This document shows positions 25,753 to 36,191 of a stretch of DNA of 64,000 nt, piece after piece (the stretch's first letter is position 1; every line of letters starts with the position of its first letter). The notes under the pieces were generated by a model. It made no database searches. It saw nothing but the letters and a program-made list of their open reading frames with translations, and had not been told where the DNA came from. Position numbers and translations under genes: made by a program. Source of the DNA: Minisyncoccota bacterium (lineage in GTDB: Bacteria > Patescibacteriota > Minisyncoccia > Phycocordibacterales > XYD1-FULL-46-19); contig JBAZMZ010000002.1 of NCBI GenBank assembly GCA_041649495.1, positions 18,793 through 82,792 on the forward strand, in the 5' to 3' direction.

Positions 25753-25854
25753 TTTATCCCCACCCGAATCTAGCTAAGTAAGAATTGGAGGTGGTATAAT
25801 TATACTTAGGTCGAAAACTTCGTTTTGTTAATATTAATAACAAAATAATAATCA

Positions 25855-26046
25855 ATGAAAGTTCTAAATTGGATCGCGGTTATTCTCGCGATTGTCGGAT
25901 CGGTTAACTGGGGCTTGGTTGGCTTGTTCAACCTCGACTTGGTCAATTTGATCTTGGGTGGTATCCCGGTCTTGGCCCAATTAGTCTACATTTTAGTTGG
26001 GTTGTCTGGTCTTTACCTGATCGGTTTGGCCAAGAAATTGGCCTAG
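25855..26046 (+). CDS. DUF378-like small membrane protein
   Basis: 63 aa, two TM helices, WIAVILAIVGSVNWGLVG pattern. Confidence 0.6.
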   Translation: MKVLNWIAVILAIVGSVNWGLVGLFNLDLVNLILGGIPVLAQLVYILVGLSGLYLIGLAKKLA

Positions 26047-26114
26047 TTTTCTGGTTTTGCGAAACAAAGGGTCTTTCGTTTGAAAGGCCTTTTGTTTTTT
26101 GCTATTCTTAAGTC

Positions 26115-26753
26115 ATGATAACTAAGAAAAAAATTGTTAGTGGTTTAATTGTCGTGGCGATTATTTTTGTGGCGGGGGTGTTGATGATGAGACTGATTTT
26201 GCCAGAGGATAATTGGCTTTGTAATAAAATTGGTAATTGTTTAAAACCTAACCAGTCTCAATTGCCCAATCCGGCCTCGGTGCATTGCGAAGAAGTAGGG
26301 GGAACCTTGGAAATTCGGATTGGTGTGGATGGGGGTCAAACTGGCTATTGCACTTTGCCTGACGGCTCGGTTTGCGAAGAATGGGCTCTTTTGCGGAATG
26401 AATGTATTGATAATAGTGGGGATTTTCGCTATTTGAACGTTAAAGAGGGGGAGCAAATTACCAGTCCGTTAAAAATTACTGGTGAGGTTAAGGGCGCTTG
26501 GTTTTTTGAAGGTTCGTTTCCGATTAGTTTGGTTGACTGGGACGGGCGAATTATTGCGACGGGTCTGGCTCAAGCTAGTGGCGAATGGATGACCTCGGAT
26601 TATGTTGCTTTCTCGACAGAAATTAAATTTATCAAACCCTCTAATCCAACCAATCAAGCTTACGCTCAACGAGGCGCGATTATTTTTCAAAAAGATAACC
26701 CCTCGGGCTTATCGGCTAACGACAAAGCTTACGAATTGCCGATTATTTTTTAA
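26115..26753 (+). CDS. secreted/membrane-anchored DUF333 (putative hemolysin-like) plus Gmad2 Ig-like domain protein
   Basis: NPASVHCEEVGG...CTLPDGSVCEEWAL (DUF333). GEVKGAWFFEGSFPISLVD...GEWMT...KDNPSGL (Gmad2-like). Confidence 0.6.
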   Translation: MITKKKIVSGLIVVAIIFVAGVLMMRLILPEDNWLCNKIGNCLKPNQSQLPNPASVHCEEVGGTLEIRIGVDGGQTGYCTLPDGSVCEEWALLRNECIDNSGDFRYLNVKEGEQITSPLKITGEVKGAWFFEGSFPISLVDWDGRIIATGLAQASGEWMTSDYVAFSTEIKFIKPSNPTNQAYAQRGAIIFQKDNPSGLSANDKAYELPIIF

Positions 26754-26800
26754 CTTTTTGGTTACATTGAAAAACTCGCCAAAATTGCTAAAATATAGTT

Positions 26801-27298
26801 ATGGCTAAAATTGATAATAAAAAATATAAAAATGTCATTTTGTATTTTGCCGACCGAATTCAAAATGGGACTCTAGGAAAATTGAAGATGATGAAGTTGC
26901 TTTATTATCTCGACTTTGATTTTTTCGAAAAACATGGCCGTTCGATTACTGGTGATGAGTATCTGCGCTTTGAAAATGGACCGGTTCCGCGAATGGCCGA
27001 GAAATTACTCAAAGAAATGAATGGTCAAGAGATTAAAATTACCGCGAAAAAGGTTGGGGTTGGTCTTAATGACCAGCAACATATTCAAGCCTTGCGAGCT
27101 TACGACCTAAACGTTTTTTCCCGGGAAGAATTGGTGATGTTGGAGGAGGTGGCCGATAAATGGGAAAAGTTTTCTGGTTCGGAGATGAAGAGTGCTACTC
27201 ACGGCGAAGCGCCCTGGATTGCGACCAAACCAAACGAAGTGATTGATTATAATTTGGTCTATTATCGCAACAAATACGGCGAAATGTATGTTAATTGA
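26801..27298 (+). CDS. Panacea-domain (DUF4065) protein, candidate PanA-type antitoxin
   Basis: KLLYYLDFDFF..G..ITGDEY..FENGPVP pattern of DUF4065. Directly upstream of, and overlapping, a RelE/ParE-like toxin gene. Confidence 0.6.
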   Translation: MAKIDNKKYKNVILYFADRIQNGTLGKLKMMKLLYYLDFDFFEKHGRSITGDEYLRFENGPVPRMAEKLLKEMNGQEIKITAKKVGVGLNDQQHIQALRAYDLNVFSREELVMLEEVADKWEKFSGSEMKSATHGEAPWIATKPNEVIDYNLVYYRNKYGEMYVN

Positions 27299-27623
27299 TC
27301 GCCACGAGGATCTCGCTAAAGATTTTAAGAAACTGAAACGGTGGCCGGCGTCCATTGAATCTTTGGAAGCTTGGGAGCGCTATTTTTGTTTTAAAGGGCT
27401 TCTCGAAACGCCCGGGATTGTGTCGTACCCCGGTTTTGGTGATACCAAAATTTACAAAGCCCGAGTTGTTCCCCTTAAAGAAAAATGCGGAAAATCTCGT
27501 GGTTACCGGTTGATTTTCAAACTGGTGGCCAATAACGCGATTTTGTTGCTACTTTTTTCTCGCCATGGCGTGTATAATGACGAAAAAGAGTTGGCGGATA
27601 TTATTAAAAAGAGGATTAAATAA
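27288..27623 (+). CDS. RelE/ParE-family toxin
   Basis: Start at MLIDRHEDL (27288) overlaps the upstream stop by 11 nt. KIYKARV...GKSRGYRLIFKLV...LLLLFSRHG is the RelE/ParE signature. The upstream N-terminal extension in the ORF track is spurious. Confidence 0.6.
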   Translation: MLIDRHEDLAKDFKKLKRWPASIESLEAWERYFCFKGLLETPGIVSYPGFGDTKIYKARVVPLKEKCGKSRGYRLIFKLVANNAILLLLFSRHGVYNDEKELADIIKKRIK

Positions 27624-27627
27624 AGGC

Positions 27628-29283
27628 ATGACCCAGCAAGAAGCTTTGGCGATTTTGAAAATGGGGCACAACGCTTTTTTAACCGGCGCGGCCGGGAGCG
27701 GGAAGACTTTTGTGCTTAATGAATATGTGGATTGGCTGAAAAATCAAGGTGTGGAGGTGGGTGTGACGGCTTCCACCGGCATTGCCGCGACGCATATTGG
27801 GGGGATGACTATCCACGCGTGGTCGGGACTTGGCGTGCGCGACAAACTCTCGGCTTACGATCTCGAAGATTTAGAAAGCAAATCTTATTTGTGGAAACGA
27901 CTTGACCGGGCCAAGGTCTTGGTGATTGATGAGGTTTCGATGCTTCATCATTATCGCTTGGATTTAATCGAACAAGTTTTGCGCTCGTTTAAACGGAACA
28001 ACGAACCGTTCGGTGGCGTTCAGGTGATTTTGTGTGGCGACTTTTTTCAATTGCCACCCGTGGCGCGGATGGGCGAGAGACCCTCGCGTTTTGCTTACGA
28101 AGCGAAGTCTTGGCAAAATCTCGGTTTGAAAATTTGCTATCTCGAAGAACAACATCGGCAAAATGATGATAATTATCTCGCGATTCTCAACGCGATTCGT
28201 GATAACGAGATGAACGTAGATTTGGGCGAAAGTTTGCGGTCTCGTTTGAATCAAAAAACCAATTCGATCGAACCGACTAAATTATATTCGCACAATGTGG
28301 ATGTGGACGAAGAGAACGAACGCGAGCTGGCCAAATTGCCCGGCGAGGCAAGGGAGTATTATATGAACGACAAGGGTCGAGAAAAGGTGGTGACGACTCT
28401 GAAAAAAGGTTGTCTCGCGCCCGAAGTTTTGCGATTAAAAAAAGGGGCAAGGGTGATGTTTGTGAAAAATAATTACGAAGCCGGTTTTGCCAATGGCACC
28501 TTGGGTATTGTTTCGAGTTGTGATGCTTCAGGGATAACGGTGCGGACCGCCAAGGGCAAATTGGTTAATGTGACGTCGGCCAGTTGGCGCATTGAGGAGG
28601 AGGGAAAAATTAAGGCCGAAATTAATCAATATCCTCTGCGTTTAGCTTGGGCGATTACCGTGCACAAGAGTCAGGGCCTGTCGCTCGACGCGGCCGAAGT
28701 GGATTTGTCGCAATCGTTCGAACCGGGGATGGGCTATGTCGCCTTGTCGCGGGTGCGCTCGCTTGATGGCTTGTCGCTTAAGGGTTTGAACGCGCTGGCG
28801 CTCCAAGTGGATCCGGGCGTTTTGCAAAAAGATGGCGAGTGGCGTCGCGAATCGCAAAAACATTCCGCCGAGATGTCGGCGCTGGATAAGGCGGATTACG
28901 AAGCTAAACAAAAAAGATTTTTGAACAAAATTGGCGCGCTCTCGGCGAAAGAAGCCAAACTAAAAAATAAAAAAATTAGCACGATTGAGAAAACGCGGAT
29001 GCTCCTCGACGAAGGCAAAACTCTTCACGAAATGGCCAAGGAACGAAATTTGAAAACGGGCACGATTCTCGATCATTTGGAAAAGATCAAAGAGCAGGAC
29101 TCGACCGTAACCTTGCAATACTTGAGTGAGGGACTGATTGTTTCTCGGTCTAAAAAAATTCGTGAGGCCTTAAAAAAGGGGGGGATGACTGGTGGCCAAT
29201 ATCTGCTCGGTCCGGCCAAAAACCTCCTTGGTCCAAATTTTTCCTACGAAGAAATCCGGTTGGTCAGATTGTTGATGTCCTAA
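27628..29283 (+). CDS. RecD/Pif1-like ATP-dependent DNA helicase with C-terminal HTH
   Basis: Walker A LTGAAGSGKTF, DEVSM Walker B, helicase C-terminal motifs (VHKSQG). ATG at 27628. Confidence 0.85.
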   Translation: MTQQEALAILKMGHNAFLTGAAGSGKTFVLNEYVDWLKNQGVEVGVTASTGIAATHIGGMTIHAWSGLGVRDKLSAYDLEDLESKSYLWKRLDRAKVLVIDEVSMLHHYRLDLIEQVLRSFKRNNEPFGGVQVILCGDFFQLPPVARMGERPSRFAYEAKSWQNLGLKICYLEEQHRQNDDNYLAILNAIRDNEMNVDLGESLRSRLNQKTNSIEPTKLYSHNVDVDEENERELAKLPGEAREYYMNDKGREKVVTTLKKGCLAPEVLRLKKGARVMFVKNNYEAGFANGTLGIVSSCDASGITVRTAKGKLVNVTSASWRIEEEGKIKAEINQYPLRLAWAITVHKSQGLSLDAAEVDLSQSFEPGMGYVALSRVRSLDGLSLKGLNALALQVDPGVLQKDGEWRRESQKHSAEMSALDKADYEAKQKRFLNKIGALSAKEAKLKNKKISTIEKTRMLLDEGKTLHEMAKERNLKTGTILDHLEKIKEQDSTVTLQYLSEGLIVSRSKKIREALKKGGMTGGQYLLGPAKNLLGPNFSYEEIRLVRLLMS

Positions 29284-29326
29284 TGGAGGCGAGACCTCCA
29301 TCCGTCCTTATTTTAAGGGCTATTTT

Positions 29327-30172
29327 TTACCCATGGGCGACTACGAGGCCGTAGAGGTGGCGGGCGCCGAAGTGGTGGGCGAGAAGTTGGCGGATTTCGT
29401 TGATGGTGGCGCCGGTGGTGGAGACGTCGTCGATGATGACGAAAATTTGGTGGGCTAAGTGCGAAGTCGCATTTAGTTGCACAAAAAACGACTTCTCACT
29501 TTCGCATGAGGCAGTAATTTCAAAAGCTCCCTTGAGGTTGGCTAATCGTTGTTCGCGACTTTTGATTGAAACTTGAGTCGGGGTGTTTTTAACTTTTTTA
29601 ACCAGGTCGGCGCGAACAATAAATTGGGTTGGATTAAGGCGAGCGATTTGTTGAGCGAGGACTTTGGCTTGATTGTAACCCCGCGAGCGGAAGCGAGCGG
29701 GGGATAAGGGGGCGGGGATCAAGATTATTTGGGGCGACGGGCTAGAAGTCCAACTTCTGGGGTCCTCGAAGTTGGACTTCAGGCCAGTCGCTCTTGGGCC
29801 AGTCACAATTAATTCATCTTCTAGTTCTTCTAACAACAAATCGTGCATGGGTTTGGCCAAAGTTTCGGCCAACTCTAAACTTCGTTTGTATTTTAAACGC
29901 CAAATGACTTGTTTGACCACCGGCGAGCTATAATCGAAAACCGAGAAAATTTTATCTTCAATCGGAGCGTAACTGCGGGGTAAATAATCAAGACAGTCTG
30001 GGCAAAGCCAGGTTTTTTCGGCCCCACAATCTAAACAATGTCGAGGAAAGAACAAGTCTAAAACGGCACGCCATAACTGAGACGGGTTAGTGTGGATAAC
30101 TGACTGGAAAAAATTAGGGTAGTAATTCTTCACTATGCTATAATAATAGCAAAATAAGTGAAAAACACGCAT
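29327..30172 (-). CDS. comFC: ComF-family protein (phosphoribosyltransferase domain with N-terminal zinc finger)
   Basis: CLDCGAEKTWLCPDCL zinc finger and C-terminal IFVIIDDVSTTGATI PRTase motif. Start chosen at MRVFHLF. Confidence 0.75.
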   Translation of the reverse strand: MRVFHLFCYYYSIVKNYYPNFFQSVIHTNPSQLWRAVLDLFFPRHCLDCGAEKTWLCPDCLDYLPRSYAPIEDKIFSVFDYSSPVVKQVIWRLKYKRSLELAETLAKPMHDLLLEELEDELIVTGPRATGLKSNFEDPRSWTSSPSPQIILIPAPLSPARFRSRGYNQAKVLAQQIARLNPTQFIVRADLVKKVKNTPTQVSIKSREQRLANLKGAFEITASCESEKSFFVQLNATSHLAHQIFVIIDDVSTTGATINEIRQLLAHHFGARHLYGLVVAHG

Positions 30173-31340
30173 GGGATTTTTTGATGAATTAAAAAAAATA
30201 GCGAAAAGTGGTCTTGGTCCCAAACAAAAAAGTGTGGTCGCCATTGACCTAGGTATTTCGTCGGTTAAATTAGTTCAATTACGTAAAGAAAAGGGTCAAG
30301 CGGTACTCGAAACTTATGGCGAGTTGGCTTGCGGTCCATACAATGATTTATCGGTAGGCCAAGCGACCAATCTCCCGATTGAAAAAACGGTGGAGTTACT
30401 CAAAGATTTATTCAAAGAGGCCAATGTGACAACGCCGGTGGCTATTTTTTCGATTCCTCTGCGTGATAGTTTGATTGTCTCCATTGAAGTGCCCGAGCAA
30501 GCACGAAATAATTTGGCTGAAGTGATTCCGATTGAAGCGCGCAAATATGTGCCCGTGCCCATTTCGGAAGTGATGCTGGATTGGTGGGTTATTCCCGGTA
30601 GTTCAGCTGATCAGGCTAATCAAGCCGAGTCTTCAGAGGGTGAAGTTTCTGTCTCAACAACCGAAAATGATGCTTCAGCGAAACCGGCTCACGGACGCAA
30701 GATTGAGGTATTGGTCGCCTCAATTCACAAAGATTCGATTCATCAATATCAAGAAATCGCCAACCAATTAAAGTTGGACATTAATTCTTTTGAAATTGAA
30801 ACTTTCAGTTCAATTCGTTCGGTCATTCCCAACGATTTAGCGGCGACGGCAATTTTGGATTTGGGGGCGGGGAGTTCTAAAATTGCGATTGTTGATTATG
30901 GTATTGTTCGCTTGTCTCACACCATTGATAAAGGTGCGCAAGATATTACGATGGCCATTTCTAAATCATTAACTGTGCCTTTTGCTAAGGCCGAAGAGAT
31001 TAAACGACAGGTAGGTTTGGTTGGCGACATCGATAAGGGTGATTTGGTAGAGATGGTTAGCCCAATTATTGAATATATCTTTGCCGAAGCGAATAAGGTT
31101 ATGCTAAAATATCAGAAGGAACATCAGCGTTCGATTGATAAAATTGTTTTGATTGGCGGCGGCGCTCTACTCAAGGGAATTCTTGAGACCGCGAAAGCTA
31201 TTGTTGGTGTGCCCATTGTCGTTGGTTTACCTTTCGACAAGGTCGAAGCTCCCGCCTTTTTAAATGACATATTAAAAGAAGCTGGTCCCGAGTTCGCCGT
31301 TGCCATCGGTTTGGCCCTGCGCAAACTCGAAGACCTCTAG
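30171..31340 (+). CDS. pilM: type IV pilus assembly protein PilM (actin-like ATPase)
   Basis: VAIDLGISSVKLVQL and the actin-like fold pattern. First gene of a long pil operon, divergent from comF. Confidence 0.85.
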   Translation: MGFFDELKKIAKSGLGPKQKSVVAIDLGISSVKLVQLRKEKGQAVLETYGELACGPYNDLSVGQATNLPIEKTVELLKDLFKEANVTTPVAIFSIPLRDSLIVSIEVPEQARNNLAEVIPIEARKYVPVPISEVMLDWWVIPGSSADQANQAESSEGEVSVSTTENDASAKPAHGRKIEVLVASIHKDSIHQYQEIANQLKLDINSFEIETFSSIRSVIPNDLAATAILDLGAGSSKIAIVDYGIVRLSHTIDKGAQDITMAISKSLTVPFAKAEEIKRQVGLVGDIDKGDLVEMVSPIIEYIFAEANKVMLKYQKEHQRSIDKIVLIGGGALLKGILETAKAIVGVPIVVGLPFDKVEAPAFLNDILKEAGPEFAVAIGLALRKLEDL

Positions 31341-31365
31341 GTCGAAAATCTAATTTAATTATTAT

Positions 31366-31998
31366 ATGGATAGTAAAATCTCAACCTCATTTATTCCTAA
31401 GTCTACGATTACCCCGGGCAATTTGCGATCCCGACGCGAGCCAGTGGGGATCATCGTTCTTATTTCTCTGCTAATTCTCGCGGTTTCGGTGATCTATTTT
31501 GCCGGCATTTATGGTTATCGCTATATTGTCGATAATGAAATCAATTACGTGTGTCCGAGTACTGATACTAGCGGTGGCGATTGCAAACAGGGCCTGCAAA
31601 AGAGCTTTGACCTGGCCATGAATGATTTGCCCACCAACGAGCTCAATGATCTTAAACGACTCGATACCAAACTCAAAAATGGCGGGGCGGTGCTGGCCAG
31701 CCACATTACGCTTGTGCCCCTCTTTAATCTCTTGGGTCAATTAACCGCCCAAAATATTCAGTACACCAAGTTTCAATTTAGTAAAGACAATAGTTTTGAG
31801 CTTAGTGGTATTGCCAAAAGTTATGACGATATCGCTTATCAACAGAAGGTGTTCGCGGGTGATCAAGGTAGTAAATCTATTTCGAGTTTCGCTTTTTCTG
31901 ATTTTGATCTTGACCCTAAAGGTAACGTGATTTTCAAATTGGTTATGACGGTCGACAAGAAATTATTAGCTTATCAAGCCGACGATAATAATCAATAA
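31366..31998 (+). CDS. PilN-like pilus assembly protein
   Basis: Single N-terminal TM plus periplasmic domain, positioned after pilM. Confidence 0.45.
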   Translation: MDSKISTSFIPKSTITPGNLRSRREPVGIIVLISLLILAVSVIYFAGIYGYRYIVDNEINYVCPSTDTSGGDCKQGLQKSFDLAMNDLPTNELNDLKRLDTKLKNGGAVLASHITLVPLFNLLGQLTAQNIQYTKFQFSKDNSFELSGIAKSYDDIAYQQKVFAGDQGSKSISSFAFSDFDLDPKGNVIFKLVMTVDKKLLAYQADDNNQ

Positions 31999-32002
31999 TT
32001 AT

Positions 32003-32587
32003 ATGCCTAAATTAATTTTTGCCATTCTCTGTTTAATTATCTCGGCGATACTAGTTTTCTCAGCGGGGGGAGCTGTTCTCAATGGCGGGTCAAATTCGGT
32101 TTGGGCCTTCTTATTGGGGGACAACACGGTGGGCATCAAAGACCTTCTGGCTCAACGCACCAATCTTAACCAAACACTAGCGGATATTAACGGGATTAAG
32201 GCCAAAATTCTTGAACTTCAACAAATTAAAAATAGTATTAGTAAAACCGATCTCGATAAACTCGATAAATTTATCCCTAATCATGTTGATAATGTTAATT
32301 TGATTATTGATATTAACAATATCGCGGCCAAACAGGGGATGACGCTGAAAAATGTGCGGGTTCAGTCGACAGCTGGCTCGAGTGGTTCGAAGGTTACGAG
32401 CCCGAGCGGTATCCAACCAACCTTTATGTCTTTCTCGGTCACGGGCAATTATCAAACCCTGATGAAATTTCTTGATGGTTTAGCTAATAGTTTACGGGTG
32501 GTGGATCCAGCTTCTCTTTCTTTTGCGGTCGACGAGAAAGGGCTCAATCAATATAATTTCGAAATTAAGACCTATTGGGTTAAATAA
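32003..32587 (+). CDS. PilO-like pilus assembly protein
   Basis: N-terminal TM, coiled-coil segment, positioned after pilN. Confidence 0.45.
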   Translation: MPKLIFAILCLIISAILVFSAGGAVLNGGSNSVWAFLLGDNTVGIKDLLAQRTNLNQTLADINGIKAKILELQQIKNSISKTDLDKLDKFIPNHVDNVNLIIDINNIAAKQGMTLKNVRVQSTAGSSGSKVTSPSGIQPTFMSFSVTGNYQTLMKFLDGLANSLRVVDPASLSFAVDEKGLNQYNFEIKTYWVK

Positions 32588-32608
32588 TTCGATAAACTCA
32601 AAATAATT

Positions 32609-33025
32609 ATGACTAAATCAAAAATCATTACTTACGTGGCGGTCGCCGTTCTCATTTTGGTCGGTCTCTATTGGGCTTATCACCTGATGACGCAAACACC
32701 TGAGCCAGCGATGGGGGGCGTGGTCGCCGTGTCGGGGGCAGGATTAGGTCTTTCTCCTGATAGCCAATCGGCCCAATTGATGAGTCTGCTTAATGATATT
32801 AAGAAAATTGATTTGAAAGATCATCAAATTCTTAACAATAAAATTTTTACGACTCTCCAAGACTTTGGCAAGACGATTGATGATCGAGTAATTGGCCGGT
32901 CCAATCCTTTTGCTTCTTTGACTGAAGGCTCGGGGATTATCCGGAGCGGTAATGGGGGCACCGTCACCAGCTCCACCACTCAAACTACCAGTTCGACTAC
33001 CGACGACGAATTGCTTTTCGAGTAG
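32609..33025 (+). CDS. hypothetical pilus-associated membrane protein (PilP-like position)
   Basis: N-terminal TM and Ser/Thr-rich C-terminus. Position in the operon only. Confidence 0.35.
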   Translation: MTKSKIITYVAVAVLILVGLYWAYHLMTQTPEPAMGGVVAVSGAGLGLSPDSQSAQLMSLLNDIKKIDLKDHQILNNKIFTTLQDFGKTIDDRVIGRSNPFASLTEGSGIIRSGNGGTVTSSTTQTTSSTTDDELLFE

Positions 33026-33039
33026 CCGGGCCCAGTGTT

Positions 33040-34617
33040 ATGGACGATAATACCTACGCTATCCCAACCAAAAAGCTCGGGAATGTTAAAATTCCCTTTG
33101 AGGTTTTGAAATATGTGCCCGCCGAGTCGGCGAACACCTATCAGTTCGTGCCTTTCGCCTTAACCGATGGTGTGCTTGAAGTGGGGATGGTGGATCCTGA
33201 CAATTCCGAGGCACGCGATGCTCTGCAATTTATCACTAGTCGCACGGGGGTGCCTTTCAAAATTTATTTAATTTCCAAAAAAGATTTCGATATCGCCGCC
33301 AAAAGTTACGAAGGTTTCTCGGGTGAGGCCGGAGTAATGATTGGCGATATTCAAAGCGAAATTCGAGCCGCCGAAGAGTCGGTGGCCGAATTTAAGGCGG
33401 GCAATGAAGGTAACCAACCGCCTTCGGCGAATATCGTTGAAGATGCGCCGATTACTAAAATTGTTTCGGTTATTATCCAAAACGCTCTTTCGGGTGGCGC
33501 CTCCGATATTCACATTGAGCCCACGACCCATAATATTAAGGTACGCTTTCGGGTGGACGGGGTGTTGTTTACCAGTTTGACTCCGCCCAGCTCGGTGCAT
33601 GAAGCAATGGTGGCGCGGATCAAAATTTTGTGCAATATGAAATTGGATGAGAAACGCAAACCGCAAGACGGTCGTTTCTCTTATCAATTCGAAGGCCGGA
33701 AGGCTGATTTTCGAGTTTCAACCCTGCCGACTTATTGGGGCGAGAAGATTGTGATGCGGATTCTTGATCCGACCAAGCGTGATGTTAATTTAACAACCGT
33801 GGGCTTGTCGCCTGAACAGCAGGAACAAGTTAAAGAGGCGCTCAATAAACCTTATGGCTTGATTTTACTAACGGGGCCGACTGGTTCGGGTAAAACGACG
33901 ACTTTGTACGCGATGCTCAATTATCTGGATCGGGAAAAATATAATGTGGTCAGTTTGGAAGATCCAATCGAGTATGATATCCCCGGTGTTTCTCAGTCAC
34001 AGGTTAGGCCCGAAATTGATTATACTTTTGCTAATGGTTTACGCAGTATTCTTCGTCAGGACCCCGATATCGTGATGGTTGGCGAAATGCGCGATCGCGA
34101 AACGGCCAAATTGGCGATCCAGGCGGCCTTGACTGGCCACTTAGTGTTATCGACTTTGCATACAAATAATTCGATTGGGGTTATCCCGCGTTTGATTGAT
34201 ATGGGGATTGAGTCTTATCTCATCCCGCCGACCTTGGTTTTGGCGATTGCTCAACGCTTGGTGCCGGTGATGTGCGAGGAATCTAAGCAGGCGATTCCGG
34301 TTGAGGATAGTATTAAATTAATGGTAGAGAAACAATTTGCCGACTTACCTGAAGAATATCGCCATCGCATCCCTGACATCAAAACCCTTTATCGTACCGA
34401 ACGAACGCCGTCTTGCCCCTCGGGGACCAAGGGCCGAACGGCGGTCTTCGAATTTTTGCCGATGGATAAAGAATTGGAGCGCTTAATCTTGAAAAATCCC
34501 GGCGAAAACGAACTTTATAAATATGCTCGCAGTCGCGGTTATATTTCGATGAAGGAGGATGCCATGATAAAATCATTCCAAGGGGTTATTCCCTTTGAAG
34601 AAGTTAACAAATTATAA
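33040..34617 (+). CDS. pilB: type IV pilus assembly ATPase PilB (GspE family)
   Basis: GspE N-terminal domain, Walker A LLTGPTGSGKTTT, Asp/His boxes, Cys-rich C-terminus. Confidence 0.9.
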   Translation: MDDNTYAIPTKKLGNVKIPFEVLKYVPAESANTYQFVPFALTDGVLEVGMVDPDNSEARDALQFITSRTGVPFKIYLISKKDFDIAAKSYEGFSGEAGVMIGDIQSEIRAAEESVAEFKAGNEGNQPPSANIVEDAPITKIVSVIIQNALSGGASDIHIEPTTHNIKVRFRVDGVLFTSLTPPSSVHEAMVARIKILCNMKLDEKRKPQDGRFSYQFEGRKADFRVSTLPTYWGEKIVMRILDPTKRDVNLTTVGLSPEQQEQVKEALNKPYGLILLTGPTGSGKTTTLYAMLNYLDREKYNVVSLEDPIEYDIPGVSQSQVRPEIDYTFANGLRSILRQDPDIVMVGEMRDRETAKLAIQAALTGHLVLSTLHTNNSIGVIPRLIDMGIESYLIPPTLVLAIAQRLVPVMCEESKQAIPVEDSIKLMVEKQFADLPEEYRHRIPDIKTLYRTERTPSCPSGTKGRTAVFEFLPMDKELERLILKNPGENELYKYARSRGYISMKEDAMIKSFQGVIPFEEVNKL

Positions 34618-34639
34618 TATAATTAACTAATACATTATT

Positions 34640-35077
34640 ATGGACAAAAAATACTCAATTCTCATTGTTGACGATGATAAATTTTTGCTTGATATGTATA
34701 CCCTTAAGTTTACCGAGAAGGGTTTTGCTGTCGATCGAGCCATGAATGGTCCCGAAGCCTTACAAAAAGTTGACGGTGGTTTGACGCCCGATATTTTTTT
34801 AGTTGATATCGTGATGCCCGAGATGGATGGCTTCGAGTTAATCCAGCACTTAGTCCAACGCCAAAAGGAGAGGCGAAGCACCATTATCGTGTTGTCCAAT
34901 TTGGGCCAGAAAGAAGATGTCGAGAAAGGTCTGTCTCTTGGGGCCGATGGCTATATTGTTAAAGCCAGCGCCACGCCCAGTGAAGTGGTCGAGAAAGTGG
35001 TTGAAATTGTCTCGCACCGCCCCGCTTCCTCCGGCCAGACCTCAAGTGAGCCCGAGGTGTGGCCGGCAAAAAAATAA
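34640..35077 (+). CDS. response regulator receiver domain protein (CheY-like)
   Basis: ILIVDDD...DIFLVDIVMPEMDGFEL...LSNLGQKED..GADGYIVKA. Confidence 0.8.
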   Translation: MDKKYSILIVDDDKFLLDMYTLKFTEKGFAVDRAMNGPEALQKVDGGLTPDIFLVDIVMPEMDGFELIQHLVQRQKERRSTIIVLSNLGQKEDVEKGLSLGADGYIVKASATPSEVVEKVVEIVSHRPASSGQTSSEPEVWPAKK

Positions 35078-35081
35078 AACC

Positions 35082-36146
35082 ATGAAAGATTTTCGTCAAG
35101 AAATAGAAGAACTCATAATGATCGTCGCCAAAGAGGGCGCGTCGGATTTACACTTAACGGTGGGTCGTCACCCCACGATTCGGGTTTCGGGCGACTTGAT
35201 CCCGATTGTTAAAAAACCGGTTCTCACCCCCGAGGATACTTTGGGTCTAACGATGGAGATTCTGAACGACGAAAACAAAAAGATTTTCTTGGAGCAACGC
35301 GAAGTCGATTTCTCCTATAACCCCACCGCTGATGTTCGTTTTCGTGGTAACGCCTTCTTTCAGCGGGGTTTGGTCGGGGTGGCTCTTCGACTAATCCCAA
35401 TGAAGATTCGCACGCCCAAGGAGCTTAATTTGCCTGATCGCTTAACCGATTTCATCAATAAAAAGCAAGGTTTCTTCTTGGTGGTTGGGCCGGTCGGGGT
35501 GGGTAAGTCTACCACTCTGGCTTCGCTCATTGATCAAATCAATCACCAACGTGCCGAGCATATCATTACCATTGAGGACCCGGTCGAATATCTTTATCAG
35601 AGTGACCGCTCAATTATTGATCAGCGTGAAGTGCGTTTTGATACGCGTAATTTTTATACCGCTCTCCGCTCAATGTTTCGTCAGGATGTGAATGTGGCGA
35701 TGGTGGGCGAAATGCGCAATCCCGAAACGATTAGTATGGCGGTGACGGCCGCTGAAACGGGGCACTTGGTGCTCTCGACTCTCCACACTAATAGCGCGTC
35801 GCAAACGATTGATCGCATTATTGACTCTTTTCCGGGCAATCAACAACATCAAATTCGTATCCAATTGGCGGGTTCGCTCATTGGCATTTTCTCCCAACGC
35901 TTGATTCCGCGTTTGTCGGGCGGGCAAATTCCGGCCTATGAACTTTTGGTTAATAATGACGCGGTTGCCAACCTGATTCGCGAAGGGCGCACGGCCGAAA
36001 TTGATGTCGTGATCGAGACCGGGATGCAAGAAGGGATGGTTGACCTTAATCGTTCGCTCGCTGAGTTGGTGCGTGATGGCGAAATTACCGCCGATAGCGC
36101 CTTTCGCTACTCGCTTAATCCCGATAGTTTAACCAAGTTAATCTAA
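35082..36146 (+). CDS. pilT: twitching motility ATPase PilT
   Basis: ATG at 35082 (MKDFRQEIEEL). Walker A GPVGVGKSTT. PilT family size and motifs. Confidence 0.9.
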   Translation: MKDFRQEIEELIMIVAKEGASDLHLTVGRHPTIRVSGDLIPIVKKPVLTPEDTLGLTMEILNDENKKIFLEQREVDFSYNPTADVRFRGNAFFQRGLVGVALRLIPMKIRTPKELNLPDRLTDFINKKQGFFLVVGPVGVGKSTTLASLIDQINHQRAEHIITIEDPVEYLYQSDRSIIDQREVRFDTRNFYTALRSMFRQDVNVAMVGEMRNPETISMAVTAAETGHLVLSTLHTNSASQTIDRIIDSFPGNQQHQIRIQLAGSLIGIFSQRLIPRLSGGQIPAYELLVNNDAVANLIREGRTAEIDVVIETGMQEGMVDLNRSLAELVRDGEITADSAFRYSLNPDSLTKLI

Positions 36147-36191
36147 CTTTTATCCCTATATACCACATACTAAATACTATATACTAAGTCT

